A stretch of DNA of 64,000 nt from a bacterium (GCA_965221165.1 CBDCRP010000002.1:640001-704000), one strand, 5' to 3'; numbered from the stretch's first letter, positions 19,717-30,649 are shown. Translations and numbers: made by a program. The notes: generated from the letters alone by a model not told the origin.

Positions 19717-21123
19717 ATGACCATCGAACTCAAACTTCCCGAGCTTGGGGAGAACATCAAGGCCGGAAAAGTGATCGCCGTTTTGGTGAACGTGGGAGAA
19801 ACCATAGCGGTGGATCAGTCGGTCATCGAAGTGGAGACCGACAAGGCGCTCATCGAAGTCCCCTCGTCCGTCGAGGGCATCATAACGGAAATACATCTCA
19901 AACCCGGTGACGACGCCGAGGTGGGAGAAACCATTCTCGTCATCGAAGAAAGCAGCGCGGGTACGGAGCCCGTTCTGGACGAAGAGACTGTTGGGGAAAT
20001 CTCGTCAGAAACGGCCGAACTGCCCGCCGCGTCAGAAAGCCAGCCCATGCTGATAGATGAATCTCCTGAACCTTCAGATACAAAGGCCGAGGATGCCGCC
20101 ACACTGGAGTCCGCGCCCTCCGGGTATTCGCTGGAACCCGCCGAGGAACCATCCGAGGCGCCTGCGCCGAAGACTCCTGAAACTCCCGCGCCGCAGAGCA
20201 AAACAGAGCCCGCGCCAGCGGCTCCCTCGGTGCGCAGAATAGCCCGCGAGGCGGGCGTCGACATACGCGATGTGCCGGGTAGCGGAATTGCAGGCAGAAT
20301 ATCCGCGGAAGACGTCAGGCAGTTCGTGGCGGCCCAAGGGGGCGCCGCCGTGCCGGATGCGCCTGCTCCCGCGCTGATGAGCGTGCCGGTTCAACTGCCC
20401 GACCTCGCCCGCTGGGGAGAGATTGAGCGCGCGCCGATGTCGGGAATCCGCCGCGCGACATCCGTGAATCTCGCCCGCGCGTGGACGAACATCCCCCACG
20501 TGACCCAGTGCGAAAAGGCGGACATTTCCGAGCTTGATAGTTTAAGAAAAAAATTCGCTCAAAAAGCGGAGGCCGCCGGTGGCAAGCTTACTCTCACCGC
20601 CATTCTCATAAAAGCCATCGCCTCCGCCCTCAAGGTCTTCCCGCAATTCAACGCGAGCGTCGATGCGGCGGCAGACGAGATCGTCTACAAGAACTATGTT
20701 CACGTAGGCGTTGCCGTAGATACCGAAAACGGTTTGCTCGTTCCGGTGATTCGCGATGCGGACAAGAAGAACATCGTCGAACTATCGGTGGAACTGGGTG
20801 AAGCCGCAGAACGCGCCCGCTCCCGAAAACTCGCCCCGGACGACATGCAGGGCGGCTCCATCACCATCACGAACCTCGGCGGCTTTGGAGGCACGTATTT
20901 CACCCCGATAGTGAACTGGCCCGAAGTCGCCATCCTGGGCGTCTCCCGAGCGCGCATCGAGCCGGTTTGGTCGCATGCCGAGGAAAAATTCGAACCGCGC
21001 CTCATGCTCCCCCTCATGGTTTCTTATGATCACCGCGTCATCGACGGAGCGGATGGCGTCAAATTTCTGAGTTGGGTGGCCGAGGCGCTCGAAGAACCCA
21101 TGCTCATGAGCCTCGAGGGTTAA
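19717..21123 (+). CDS. aceF: Dihydrolipoamide acetyltransferase E2
   Basis: Lipoyl ETDKA, E3-binding domain, DHRVIDG. Confidence 0.93.
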   Translation: MTIELKLPELGENIKAGKVIAVLVNVGETIAVDQSVIEVETDKALIEVPSSVEGIITEIHLKPGDDAEVGETILVIEESSAGTEPVLDEETVGEISSETAELPAASESQPMLIDESPEPSDTKAEDAATLESAPSGYSLEPAEEPSEAPAPKTPETPAPQSKTEPAPAAPSVRRIAREAGVDIRDVPGSGIAGRISAEDVRQFVAAQGGAAVPDAPAPALMSVPVQLPDLARWGEIERAPMSGIRRATSVNLARAWTNIPHVTQCEKADISELDSLRKKFAQKAEAAGGKLTLTAILIKAIASALKVFPQFNASVDAAADEIVYKNYVHVGVAVDTENGLLVPVIRDADKKNIVELSVELGEAAERARSRKLAPDDMQGGSITITNLGGFGGTYFTPIVNWPEVAILGVSRARIEPVWSHAEEKFEPRLMLPLMVSYDHRVIDGADGVKFLSWVAEALEEPMLMSLEG

Positions 21124-21262
21124 AAGCGCCTGACAGGGCATGCGGGGGAAACCCATCCCCAGCACTCCAGATTCAGCGCCTCCGCTCATCATCCAATGAA
21201 ACCTCCCGGGGCACTTCGGGAAGTTGTGGTTGCCCCCGATTTCTCCTTTGGATGCCTTTTCG

Positions 21263-21841
21263 ATGGCGAATCTCTTGGGCGATTGGAATTTTCTGCAATA
21301 CTGGTGGTGGAAACCCTACGTCAACCCCCTCATCGGTCTGGCCTGGTTTGCGGGCGTCATCGCCCTCGGGGCGATCATCTTTTTCGCCATCACGGGAAGC
21401 GCGAAGCTCTCTGAATACAGAGAAGCCGTCTTTCCGCCCAAAGAACCCGAGATTCCAGAGGACGAAGCGGCACTCGTCGAATTCATGGAGTCTTTCTTCC
21501 CGGAAGTGTCGGAGGAGGAAATACTCTTGATGGAGCAAATCCTCGACGATGTGATGAGGGAGGATATTCATCCGCAAATGGGGCGTGAAATCGAAGCCCG
21601 GGGCATACCCGTCCGGCTGTTGACGCTACCGCTTCCGGAAATCGTACGCGCAGTCGGAAACTACCCCGTGGCCGTGTGGATTCCTCGTCTGAACGCGATA
21701 GAGATATACGCATCGGTCGTCAAAAGTGAATGTCGGCGAGACCCCAGGCGCTACCGGGAGAAAATTGGCGATTTGCTGCTGCATGAAATCGGCCACGCCC
21801 TGGACCTGGATGAACCAAAAATCAAGGATTTCGGCGTGTAG
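21263..21841 (+). CDS. Membrane-anchored zincin-like (minimal HExxH) protein, start uncertain
   Basis: TM segment and LLHEIGHAL. Confidence 0.65.
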   Translation: MANLLGDWNFLQYWWWKPYVNPLIGLAWFAGVIALGAIIFFAITGSAKLSEYREAVFPPKEPEIPEDEAALVEFMESFFPEVSEEEILLMEQILDDVMREDIHPQMGREIEARGIPVRLLTLPLPEIVRAVGNYPVAVWIPRLNAIEIYASVVKSECRRDPRRYREKIGDLLLHEIGHALDLDEPKIKDFGV

Positions 21842-21846
21842 CGGCT

Positions 21847-23367
21847 CTATCCTCCCGCGCCATGCCCATCCAGTTCGGCGGGATCGTTCACTTCTATGCT
21901 CCCCTTGAGCCCGAATAGGCGCTGCATCTTCTTCCTGAAGGCCGGCGTAAAGAGTTTTTCGGCATAAAACCGGCCCGCCACCCTTTTGTTCACCTGCGCC
22001 AGGGTGGGATACACGTGAACCGTCTCCACCACTTCCTTGATGTGCATCTTCTTGCGGACGGCAAGCGCGAACTCGTGCAATATCTCTCCTGCCGCAGGCC
22101 CCACCAGATCAGCCCCCACGAGCCTGCCCTTCTCGTCGCACACCACCTTGCAAATACCCTCCGTTTCCCCATCCAGAACGGCGCGGTCCACCCGGCTCAT
22201 CGGGAAGCGAAATACTTGTATGCGATTCGCCCCCAAAGCCGCTTCGGCTTCCGCCTCGCTCAAGCCCACGTGCGCCGCCTCCGGCGTCGTGTAGATCGTC
22301 CAGGGGACGGCGTCATAGTTCGTTTTTTTCTTGAGAAACGGGAGCGGAACCCCGAAAGGCGCGCTGAAGAGCATGTTCCTGAGCGCCACGCCCGCCTCAT
22401 ACTCCGCCATGTGGGTGAAGAGATACTGACCCCTGACGTCACCGGCGGCGAAAATGCGCGGATTCGCCGTTTGAAGATACGTATCGGTCTCCACGCCGCG
22501 CGGGGTGTAGTTAACTCCCGCTTTCTCGAGGTCCATGCCAGCCACGTTGGGCGATCGGCCAGTCGCGATGAGCAGTTGATCGCAGACCCACTCCCTTTTC
22601 CCCGACGGCGTATCGGCTTCGAGGAAAATCTCATCGCCGCGCTTCTCGACTCTTTGCGTGTTCACGTTGAAATGGAGCCGGAGGCCGGATTCCGCCAAAG
22701 AATCGGCCAGAATCTCAGCCATCTCCTTATCGAGCCTCGGCAAGAGTTTCGGCGCGCTTTGCAGCACTTCCACCTCGGCGCCGAGTTGTTGAAACGCCTG
22801 GGATAATTCCAGGCCGATGGGTCCGGCTCCCAGGACTGCCAGGCGTCTCGGCAATTCCTCCAAATCGAAAACGGTTTCGTTCGTGAGGTAGGGCACGCTA
22901 TCGAGCCCGGCAATGGGCGGCACGAAGGGAGAGCTTCCCGTGGCCAGCAAAAACCGCTTGGCCCGCAGCGTTCTGTCTCCTACCTGAAACGTGTCGGGGC
23001 CCGTAAAAGCACCATCGCCAAAGATCACCTCGATCCCCATCCCCTCGAAACGCTCGGGCGCGTCGTGCTCGCCGATGTGGGTCTGGGCCGCCTTCATGCG
23101 TTTCATGACGCGGGGGAAATCTACTCGAACATCGCTCACGTCAATCCCGAACTCGGGCATCGAGCGCGCCTGCGCCGCCAGTCTCGCCGAGCGGATCAGG
23201 CCTTTCGAGGGCACACATCCATAGTTCAGGCAATCACCGCCGAGCTTCGTCTTCTCTACGAGCGCGGCTTTGGCGCCCAGTTGCGCCGCGCCCACCGAAG
23301 CCACCAGCCCACCGACGCCCCCCCCAATAGCCACCAAATCAAACACCGATTCTTTTTGCATGTTCAT
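21847..23367 (-). CDS. Class I pyridine nucleotide-disulfide oxidoreductase (MerA/Lpd-like)
   Basis: GGGVGG, GGDCLNYGCVPSK, HVYPT. Confidence 0.9.
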   Translation of the reverse strand: MNMQKESVFDLVAIGGGVGGLVASVGAAQLGAKAALVEKTKLGGDCLNYGCVPSKGLIRSARLAAQARSMPEFGIDVSDVRVDFPRVMKRMKAAQTHIGEHDAPERFEGMGIEVIFGDGAFTGPDTFQVGDRTLRAKRFLLATGSSPFVPPIAGLDSVPYLTNETVFDLEELPRRLAVLGAGPIGLELSQAFQQLGAEVEVLQSAPKLLPRLDKEMAEILADSLAESGLRLHFNVNTQRVEKRGDEIFLEADTPSGKREWVCDQLLIATGRSPNVAGMDLEKAGVNYTPRGVETDTYLQTANPRIFAAGDVRGQYLFTHMAEYEAGVALRNMLFSAPFGVPLPFLKKKTNYDAVPWTIYTTPEAAHVGLSEAEAEAALGANRIQVFRFPMSRVDRAVLDGETEGICKVVCDEKGRLVGADLVGPAAGEILHEFALAVRKKMHIKEVVETVHVYPTLAQVNKRVAGRFYAEKLFTPAFRKKMQRLFGLKGSIEVNDPAELDGHGAGG

Positions 23368-23422
23368 ACCCTCTCCAGATTGCGAAAATCGCCTATATCG
23401 CAACAAATGCGGGTCGGTGCGC

Positions 23423-24949
23423 TCAAGACGCTTTCTTCTTTGAAGGCGCGAGCGCGAACGCGAAAAACAGGACCGCGATGAGAAAATAACCAACAGCCAT
23501 GCCGGGAGCCGCCCCCCAGCCGAAGAAGCTGACGACGCCGCCGGGCGTGATTCGCCAGGCGTGTATGATCCCGAACCAACTCAAGAGCGCGCCGGCCAGC
23601 GCCCAGCCTCCCGCCTGTTTCGGCTCCTTATCCACCAGTTTCGCCACTATGGCTGTAATGATGACCGACGTAAAGAGAAAACCGCGCTCCAGGGTGATCA
23701 TCCCCACGAGGTGGAATCCCGTTTTGACGAATGCATCCTGTCCTATTTTCCACAAATTCGTGCCTGCCGCCCTAAGGGAGGATTCCACCATCAACAGGCC
23801 CCACGCGGCGACGGCGGGTATCAACCCGATGGCCACGGCCGGTCCGTGGCGCGCCGGCGACGCCTGAAACGCCTGGGTGAGCATCATCACCCCTATCCAG
23901 AGCATGAGGGCGAAGAGCGCCTCGCCCGGAATGATTTTCGAAAGCGCCGCAATCGATCCGGTCAAGCAGAGTACCGTCACCACGACCCCGTTCAAGGCGC
24001 TGTAGCCCGCGCGCGCCCCAACCGCCTTCCAGGCCGGATGCCCGATATACAAGGTGGTGGGAAAACAGCTGCCCAGACATGCCGCGAGAAGCGAGCCCGC
24101 ACCGTTTACTGCCAGGGAACTGCCCGTCTCGAACCTGTCGCCGGCCGCGGCCGCGCTCTCGAGGCACATCAAGCTGCCCACCAGCGTCATCAGGCCCATG
24201 GGGATGGAAACCGAGAGATAATCCCAGGCCAGCGGGCCGAAAAGAGCATCGGACAAAGGGCCGAGGGCCGAGGATGGGAGCGCCAGACCCACAGGCGCGG
24301 GAATCCCGCCCGGAAACCCCTTGATGAGGACGGATAGAACCACTCCCGCCGCCACCGCCACGAGGCCGCCCGGCACACCGAAGGGAAACCGGAATCCACC
24401 GAAATAATAGACCAGAATGATTCCAAGCGGCACCATGGCGATAAGCGGACTCTCCCAGATTCTGAACGCGAAATCCATGGCGATGAACGTGAGCGCGATG
24501 CCCCCCAGAGCGGAGAGCAAAGCGGCCCTCGGTGCGACTCGCCTGACCCGCTCGCCCACCAGCGAGCCGACGGTCTCGATCACCCCGCTCACGAAACAAG
24601 CCGCCAGACCCGCCTGCCAGGCCGCTTCGGCGCTTCCGGTCTTGAGCTTGACGGGCAGCATGACGAAGAAGATGAACGCAAAAAGCGTCACCGTGTTGAG
24701 GCCGTAGGGCATGGCGGTCACGTCGTCGCGGCCTTCGCGCGCGGCCAGACGCCTCGCCTGCCAGGAGTAGAAGAGGTTGCCGCCCACGATGCTCAGGGCC
24801 GCGGCGGGCAAAACGCGCCCGAAAATGAGCGAATCTGGAAACCCCAGCAGCCCTTTAAGGAAACTCACGATGAGCAGAAGATTGATGAGGTTGTCCATCC
24901 ACAGACCGAAGAAGCCATCGACATCACCCTTCACGAACCACCTGGTCAT
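23423..24949 (-). CDS. NCS2/AzgA-like permease
   Basis: GDVDGFFGL, TAMPYG, YIGHP..K; many TM helices. Confidence 0.85.
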   Translation of the reverse strand: MTRWFVKGDVDGFFGLWMDNLINLLLIVSFLKGLLGFPDSLIFGRVLPAAALSIVGGNLFYSWQARRLAAREGRDDVTAMPYGLNTVTLFAFIFFVMLPVKLKTGSAEAAWQAGLAACFVSGVIETVGSLVGERVRRVAPRAALLSALGGIALTFIAMDFAFRIWESPLIAMVPLGIILVYYFGGFRFPFGVPGGLVAVAAGVVLSVLIKGFPGGIPAPVGLALPSSALGPLSDALFGPLAWDYLSVSIPMGLMTLVGSLMCLESAAAAGDRFETGSSLAVNGAGSLLAACLGSCFPTTLYIGHPAWKAVGARAGYSALNGVVVTVLCLTGSIAALSKIIPGEALFALMLWIGVMMLTQAFQASPARHGPAVAIGLIPAVAAWGLLMVESSLRAAGTNLWKIGQDAFVKTGFHLVGMITLERGFLFTSVIITAIVAKLVDKEPKQAGGWALAGALLSWFGIIHAWRITPGGVVSFFGWGAAPGMAVGYFLIAVLFFAFALAPSKKKAS

Positions 24950-25133
24950 CCCGAATCCCCATTATTCAAAACCGAACAAGCCACCGCACCCGGTCGGCAA
25001 GCGCTCCGACTCCCGGATAGTAAAGCACACGAACTTTAATGCCAAAACCTTCTGCTTCGTTTTCCTCATCCGCATCGTTTTGATATGATTCGTCCGCAAA
25101 CAATCACCTTCGTGCTCATTCGGGAGAGAAAAC

Positions 25134-25886
25134 ATGGAAGCTGTCAAAGTCTATACGCGGCACGGGTGATACACCTGCGCCCTTACGAGAGAGTTTCTCT
25201 CGTCCAGCGGTCTGGAAGTCATCAACAGAGACTGCACGAACGACGCAGATGCCCAGGCGGAACTCAAGGCGCTGGGCATCAAGTCCCTGCCCGTCGCCGT
25301 GCGCGGCGAAAACGTGGTGGTGGGCTACAACGTGGATGAGCTTCGAGATGCCTTTGATATCGAACAAGAAGGCGCTGGCCCGCTATCGTCAGAAAAAATG
25401 CTCCACTACTTCGAGATGGTCTTCGACGCCCTGCGCCGCGTGGTTCGCCAGATTCCGCAGGAAACGCTCGATTGGGTGTCTCCCGGCAGACCCCGCACGC
25501 TCCGCCAGCTCACCTGGCACAGCTTCGAGCGGCCCGACCTGGTGATGCAGGCCCACGCATCGGGGGAATACACCGAGGATATGGTGAGGGAATATGAAAC
25601 GGCGGCGAACAACTACCACACCCCGGAGGACATCTGCGCCTATGGCGATGAAATCCAGGCCAGGCTCGCCGATTTTCTCACAGACGGCGGCGAGGCGCTC
25701 GCCCAAAAAGTGTCGAGCTACATGGGGCCCATCACCATACATGAATTGATGATTCTCTCTCTCGGGCACGGGTTCCAGCATTTGCGGCAGACCTACCACT
25801 ACTTCGGCATGGTGGAGATTGAGCCGGAAAACCCCTTACGTCCCGAGGATTACGAGGAAGTGCCCATGCCCAAGGATCTTTTCTAG
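25134..25886 (+). CDS. Putative selenoprotein: glutaredoxin/NrdH-like (UxxC) domain fused to a DinB-like domain
   Basis: GGAG RBS, MEAVKVYTRHG-TGA-YTC in frame with the 25299 ORF; SLP (cis-Pro) and GY motifs; His-bearing helical C-domain. Confidence 0.8.
25185..25203 (+). promoter_or_regulatory. Candidate SECIS hairpin
   Basis: ACGAGAGA-GTT-TCTCTCGT, separated from the in-frame TGA (25167-25169) by 15 nt. Confidence 0.6.
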
Positions 25887-25917
25887 CCCAGCCTATCAGT
25901 TTTAAGGAGGCCGCCTG

Positions 25918-27195
25918 ATGCCCTCGAAAGACACCTTTCCCCTGCGCGCCAACCGCGCCCGCATGAGGCGTGAGTTCAACGCGCAGGCGCGAATCGGAAA
26001 ATTCGGGAAAACGGGTCTCGACCGCGTGGCCTTCACCCCGGTCTACAACGAGGTGCGCGATCTCGCCGAGGGCTGGATGAAGGAAGCGGGCCTCAAGACG
26101 CGCATCGACGCCGTGGGGAATCTCTACGGCACAAAAGAGGGCCGCATGCGTGGACTTCCCGCCGTGATGGCAGGCTCGCACCTCGATTCCCAAAGCCCGG
26201 GCGGGCGATTCGATGGCCCCGCAGGCGTCCTCACCGCCCTGGAAGCGGTTCGGCGCATCGCCGAGGCGGGCCTCGCCCATGATCACCCCATCGAGGTGGT
26301 GGCGTTCGTGGGGGAGGAATCCGCCTGCGGAATGACGGTGTTCGGCAGCAGCGTCGCCACGGGCGTCGTGGGCGTGAAGAATTTGAAGAACACGGTGCAT
26401 CCGCCCACCGGAAAATCCCTGTACGAGGCCATCGAAGCGGTGGGCGGAAACCCCGCGCGCGTGCGCTCCTGCCAGATCAAGAAGGGGTCGCTCAAGGCCT
26501 TTTTGGAGCTTCACATCGAACAGGGCCCGGTTCTGGAATCGAGCGAGACGCCCATCGGCATCGTGGACAGGGTGGTGGGATACACGAGGGGAGAAATTCA
26601 TTTCACGGGCGTGGCGGCGCACTCGGGCGGACAGCCCATGCCCTACCGCAAGGACGCAGGCATGGCGGCGGCTGACTTCATGGTGCGGATGGAGAGCTTC
26701 GTGAACCGCGCGCCCGATTCCCAGCGCATGACGATCACCTTCGGCGAAATGGAAGCGCACCCGGGGTGGGTGTCCATCGTGCCCGGAGGCGCGAGGCTTT
26801 CCTTCGACCTGAGGAGCAGAAGCCAGGCGGCGATGGAGCGCACCCTCGCGCGGATGGAGAAAACACTCGCCGCCATCGAGAAGGAGCGAGGCGTTGAGGG
26901 GCGCTTGTCCGGCGTGAATAAGCTGGCCGTCTGCCCCGCGTCCGCCAGGATCCAAAGGGTGCTCAGGCGCGCCTCCAAAGAGACGGGACACGCCTCGCTC
27001 GCGCTATCGAGCGGCGGGGTGCACGACGCCTGCCGCATGGCGGCGATATGCCCGATGGGCATGGTGTTCATCCCCTCGGTGGGAGGGCTCTCGCACACGC
27101 CCGAGGAGTTCACGCACTTCGACGACATGGTGAAGGGCGCTGAAATCCTCGCCTCCGCCATCGCGCACCTCTGCGACGAGAAGATGAAGGCGTAA
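25918..27195 (+). CDS. Allantoate amidohydrolase / N-carbamoyl-amino acid hydrolase (M20)
   Basis: GSHLDS, FDG..G, EES, ELHIEQGP, HDA, SH.PEE. Confidence 0.92.
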   Translation: MPSKDTFPLRANRARMRREFNAQARIGKFGKTGLDRVAFTPVYNEVRDLAEGWMKEAGLKTRIDAVGNLYGTKEGRMRGLPAVMAGSHLDSQSPGGRFDGPAGVLTALEAVRRIAEAGLAHDHPIEVVAFVGEESACGMTVFGSSVATGVVGVKNLKNTVHPPTGKSLYEAIEAVGGNPARVRSCQIKKGSLKAFLELHIEQGPVLESSETPIGIVDRVVGYTRGEIHFTGVAAHSGGQPMPYRKDAGMAAADFMVRMESFVNRAPDSQRMTITFGEMEAHPGWVSIVPGGARLSFDLRSRSQAAMERTLARMEKTLAAIEKERGVEGRLSGVNKLAVCPASARIQRVLRRASKETGHASLALSSGGVHDACRMAAICPMGMVFIPSVGGLSHTPEEFTHFDDMVKGAEILASAIAHLCDEKMKA

Positions 27196-27478
27196 GAAAA
27201 AAACCAACAAGCGAAGCCTCTCCGAAATCATCTCTTCTTTACGGTGCCTAGCGGCCTTGCGCCTTTGATGGCCCTCCCGCCCCACGGACGTTCCTCGCAC
27301 ATCTGCGTTTTTAGCCTAATCCCGCTTTTCCCCTATTTGTGGGGCGATGTGTTTTGTGGTAAATTTCCGGCCTCTATATAAGGCAAAGGGCAAGTGTAAA
27401 TTTGTTGCCGCAGCTTCGTATGCGGCGTGGTGTCTCGAAACCAGAAACTCTACAGGCGCAATCGAGAGGGAGAAAAAA

Positions 27479-28738
27479 ATGAGCAGGATAATCAGACACG
27501 TCATTATCGGGTTCTTGCTGCTCCTCGCGGTGAGCATCGCCTTCACCCCCGCGGCGCGGGCGGCCAAGGAGGTCAAAATCGGATTCAGCATGGCGCTGAC
27601 CGGGCCACTCGGCCCCGCAGGCAAGGCGGCGCTGCTGGCCATTCAGATCTGGCGCGACGACGTGAACGCCAAGGGCGGATTGCTCGGCCGCAAGATCAAG
27701 CTGGTCTATTACGATGACCAGACCAAGCCCGCCAACGTCCCGGGCATCTACGCCAAGCTGCTCGACGTGGACAAGGTGGACTTCGCCGTCTCGGGCTACG
27801 GGACGAACCTCATCGTCCCCGCGCTGCCGATCATGATGGAGCGGGGCATGGTGTTCATGGGCCTGTTCGGCCTCGACGCGAACGCCAAGTTCAAATACGA
27901 CAACTACTTCCAGATCATGCCGGCCGGCCCCGACCCGGTGGTGGACTGGTCCCGCGGCTTCTTCGAGATCGCCGCGAAGCAAAAGCCCCGTCCCAAGACG
28001 ATAGCGCTGCTCTCGGCCGATTCGGAGTTCGCGCGCAACGCCGTCGCCGGCGCCCGGAGGAACGCGAAGAAATACGGCTTCAAGGTCGTCTACGACGAGC
28101 GCTACCCCTTCCCCGGCACGACCGACTTCACGCCAACTCTGCGCGCGGTCAAGGCCACCAACCCCGACCTGTTCTACGTGGGTTCCTACCCGGGCGGCTC
28201 GGTGGGCATCGTGAAGGCCGCTCACGAGATCGGCTTGAAGCCCAAGCTCTTCGGCGGCGGCATGGTCGGTCTGCAGTACACCGCCATCCAGATGAACCTC
28301 GGCAAACTGCTCAACGGCATCACGAACTACTGGTTCTGGGCGCCGGAGAAGACCCTGAAATTCCCGGGAATCGAAGCCTTCCTGGCGAAATACCAGAAAG
28401 AAGCGCCCGCCCAGAAGCTCGACCCGCTGGGCTACTATCTGCCGCCGTTCGCCTACGCCTACGTGCAGGTGCTCGGACAGGCGATTGAGGCCACCAAGAG
28501 CTTCGACCAGGCGAAGGTCGGCACCTACATCCGCAACAACACCCATTCCACCGTGGTCGGAGATGTGAAGTTCGGCAAAAACGGCGAGTGGGCGACCTCC
28601 CGGACGTTCCAGGTACAACTCCAGAACATCACGAGCAACAAGATGAGCGAGTTCAGCAAGGCCGGCAAGATGATCGTGCTGTACCCGGAGGAATTCAAGT
28701 CCGGAAACCTGATCTACCCTTACGAGAAAGCCAAGTAA
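27479..28738 (+). CDS. Branched-chain amino acid-type ABC substrate-binding protein
   Basis: Signal peptide; NAKGGLLGRKI.LV.YDD. Confidence 0.9.
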   Translation: MSRIIRHVIIGFLLLLAVSIAFTPAARAAKEVKIGFSMALTGPLGPAGKAALLAIQIWRDDVNAKGGLLGRKIKLVYYDDQTKPANVPGIYAKLLDVDKVDFAVSGYGTNLIVPALPIMMERGMVFMGLFGLDANAKFKYDNYFQIMPAGPDPVVDWSRGFFEIAAKQKPRPKTIALLSADSEFARNAVAGARRNAKKYGFKVVYDERYPFPGTTDFTPTLRAVKATNPDLFYVGSYPGGSVGIVKAAHEIGLKPKLFGGGMVGLQYTAIQMNLGKLLNGITNYWFWAPEKTLKFPGIEAFLAKYQKEAPAQKLDPLGYYLPPFAYAYVQVLGQAIEATKSFDQAKVGTYIRNNTHSTVVGDVKFGKNGEWATSRTFQVQLQNITSNKMSEFSKAGKMIVLYPEEFKSGNLIYPYEKAK

Positions 28739-28758
28739 CGAACCGGATATGATGCCGC

Positions 28759-28783
28759 GACCGGGGGGACACACCCCCCGGTC
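28759..28783 (+). promoter_or_regulatory. Intercistronic stem-loop after the substrate-binding gene
   Basis: GACCGGGGGG-ACACA-CCCCCCGGTC. Confidence 0.5.
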
Positions 28784-28812
28784 CGCGTCCGGAACGGGGG
28801 AGGAGAGCATCC

Positions 28813-29685
28813 ATGCTCAGTGTCGAATTTTTTCTGAACGCGCTCATGGCGGGCATCCTGCTGGGCGGTTTCTACGCCGCGATTAGCGTCGGGCTTTCGC
28901 TCTCCTTCGGTCTGCTGGACGTCGTGAACATCGCCCATCCGGCGTTCATCCTCTGCGGCTCCTACGTGACTTTTTACGTCAACGAACATTTCGGGGTCGA
29001 CCCGATAATCGCGGGCGTCGTTTTCGCCGTTCCCTTCTATTTCGTTGGCGTCGCGGTCTACCGGATCTACTACAACAGCTTCGAGAAGACGGGGGCCGAG
29101 TCCCTGCGCGGACTGGTGTTTTTCTTTGGTCTGTTTTTCCTCATAGAAGTCATCCTCATCATCACCTTCGGGGTGGACTACCGCCTCGTCCAGGCGTTCT
29201 ACATCGGCAAGTCCACGTCCATCGGCCCGGTGGGAATCGCCTATCGGCTGTTCGTGCCCTTCCTCGTGGGGGGGATACTCGCCACCGCCTTGTACCTGTT
29301 TCTCACCAAAACGTTTTTCGGGCGCGCGATCATGGGCGTGGCGCAGGACAGCCTCGCCGTCCAGCTCATGGGGGTCGACCCCATCCGGATCAAGACGGTC
29401 GCCTTCGGCATCGGCATCGCCACCGCCGTTATCGCCGGTTCCCTGCTCATCATCATCGGCCCGGTCGAGCCGACCATCGGCCGGGAATACATCGGCCGCG
29501 TGTTTGCGGTCACCGTTCTCGGCGGGCTGGGCAGCATGACGGGCACGCTCGTGGGCGCGCTCATCCTGGGCGTCGCGGAGAGCTTTACCTCCTCTTTCTT
29601 CGGCCCCTCGTGGGCCCTGGCCGTCTCGTTCGGCATTCTGCTCATCTGCCTGGCGGTCCGGCCGTCCGGCCTGTTCGGGAGGTAG
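28813..29685 (+). CDS. livH: LivH-like permease
   Basis: GLSLSFG...NIAH, LGGLGS. Confidence 0.85.
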   Translation: MLSVEFFLNALMAGILLGGFYAAISVGLSLSFGLLDVVNIAHPAFILCGSYVTFYVNEHFGVDPIIAGVVFAVPFYFVGVAVYRIYYNSFEKTGAESLRGLVFFFGLFFLIEVILIITFGVDYRLVQAFYIGKSTSIGPVGIAYRLFVPFLVGGILATALYLFLTKTFFGRAIMGVAQDSLAVQLMGVDPIRIKTVAFGIGIATAVIAGSLLIIIGPVEPTIGREYIGRVFAVTVLGGLGSMTGTLVGALILGVAESFTSSFFGPSWALAVSFGILLICLAVRPSGLFGR

Positions 29686-29689
29686 CTCC

Positions 29690-30649
29690 TTGAAGAACGG
29701 AAAGGGGCCTTTCCTGATCGTGGCCGCAGCGCTGATCGTGGGAGCGTTCCTCATCACCATCCAGATGGAGAACCGATTCTACTACAAGGCGGCCTACGTC
29801 GTTTTGCAGTACGTCGTCCTGGCCACCGCCTGGAACATCCTGGGCGGCTACACCGGCTACGTGAACTTCGGCACGGCGGCGTTCTTCGCCATGGGCGCCT
29901 ACACCGCCGTCGCGCTCATCAAAACCTGGAAGCCGCCCCTCTACGTGCTGCTCGTCGCCGGTGGTCTCGTCTCGGGTCTCCTGGGACTCGGAATCGGCTA
30001 CCTGACCTTGAGGCTCAAAGGCGTTTTCTTCTCCATCGCCACCCTGGCGCTCGCCATCGTGCTCCAGATGATCGTCTCGAACTGGGACTACGTGGGCGGG
30101 GGCGCGGGCACGCCCGTCCTCAAGCCGAGGAGCGTGCCGCTGTTCTCGAACTACGACGAGTTTCTGTTCTTCGTCATGGCGGCGCTCGCGGTGATTGCCG
30201 TGTCGACCGCCTGGCTCATCGAGAGCTCCTGGGTCGGCCGGGGAATGGCCGCCATCCGCGACAACGAGGAAGCGGCCGAGTGCATGGGCGTGCCCATCCT
30301 CAAGATCAAGCTGTTCGCCACCACGGTGAGCGGCGCCCTGATGGGTATAGCGGGCGCGCCGTTTTCCTATTTCGTCGTCTACATCGAACCCACCTCGGCC
30401 TTTCACCTCGATTACGCCGTGAACAGTCTGGCCATGCCCATGATCGGCGGCACCACCACCTGGCTCGGCCCGCTGGTCGGCGCGGTTCTCGTCGGCACGG
30501 CCCAGCAGATAGCCACCGTCACCCTCTCCTCGGAGATGAACCTGCTCATCGTGGGCAGCCTGCTCGTCGGCTTCGTGGTTTTCGCGCCCGACGGCCTCGT
30601 GGGCTTGTTTGGCAAAATCCGTGCGCGCCTCGCAGGGAGGGAGGCATGA
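29690..30649 (+). CDS. livM: LivM-like permease
   Basis: WNILGGYTGYVNFG, AIRDNEEAA. Confidence 0.85.
   Translation: MKNGKGPFLIVAAALIVGAFLITIQMENRFYYKAAYVVLQYVVLATAWNILGGYTGYVNFGTAAFFAMGAYTAVALIKTWKPPLYVLLVAGGLVSGLLGLGIGYLTLRLKGVFFSIATLALAIVLQMIVSNWDYVGGGAGTPVLKPRSVPLFSNYDEFLFFVMAALAVIAVSTAWLIESSWVGRGMAAIRDNEEAAECMGVPILKIKLFATTVSGALMGIAGAPFSYFVVYIEPTSAFHLDYAVNSLAMPMIGGTTTWLGPLVGAVLVGTAQQIATVTLSSEMNLLIVGSLLVGFVVFAPDGLVGLFGKIRARLAGREA

Noticed and set aside
21847-23367. lpdA or merA assignment
   Set aside because: Convergent to aceEF, HVYPT rather than HAHPT, and no C-terminal Cys pair; left at family level
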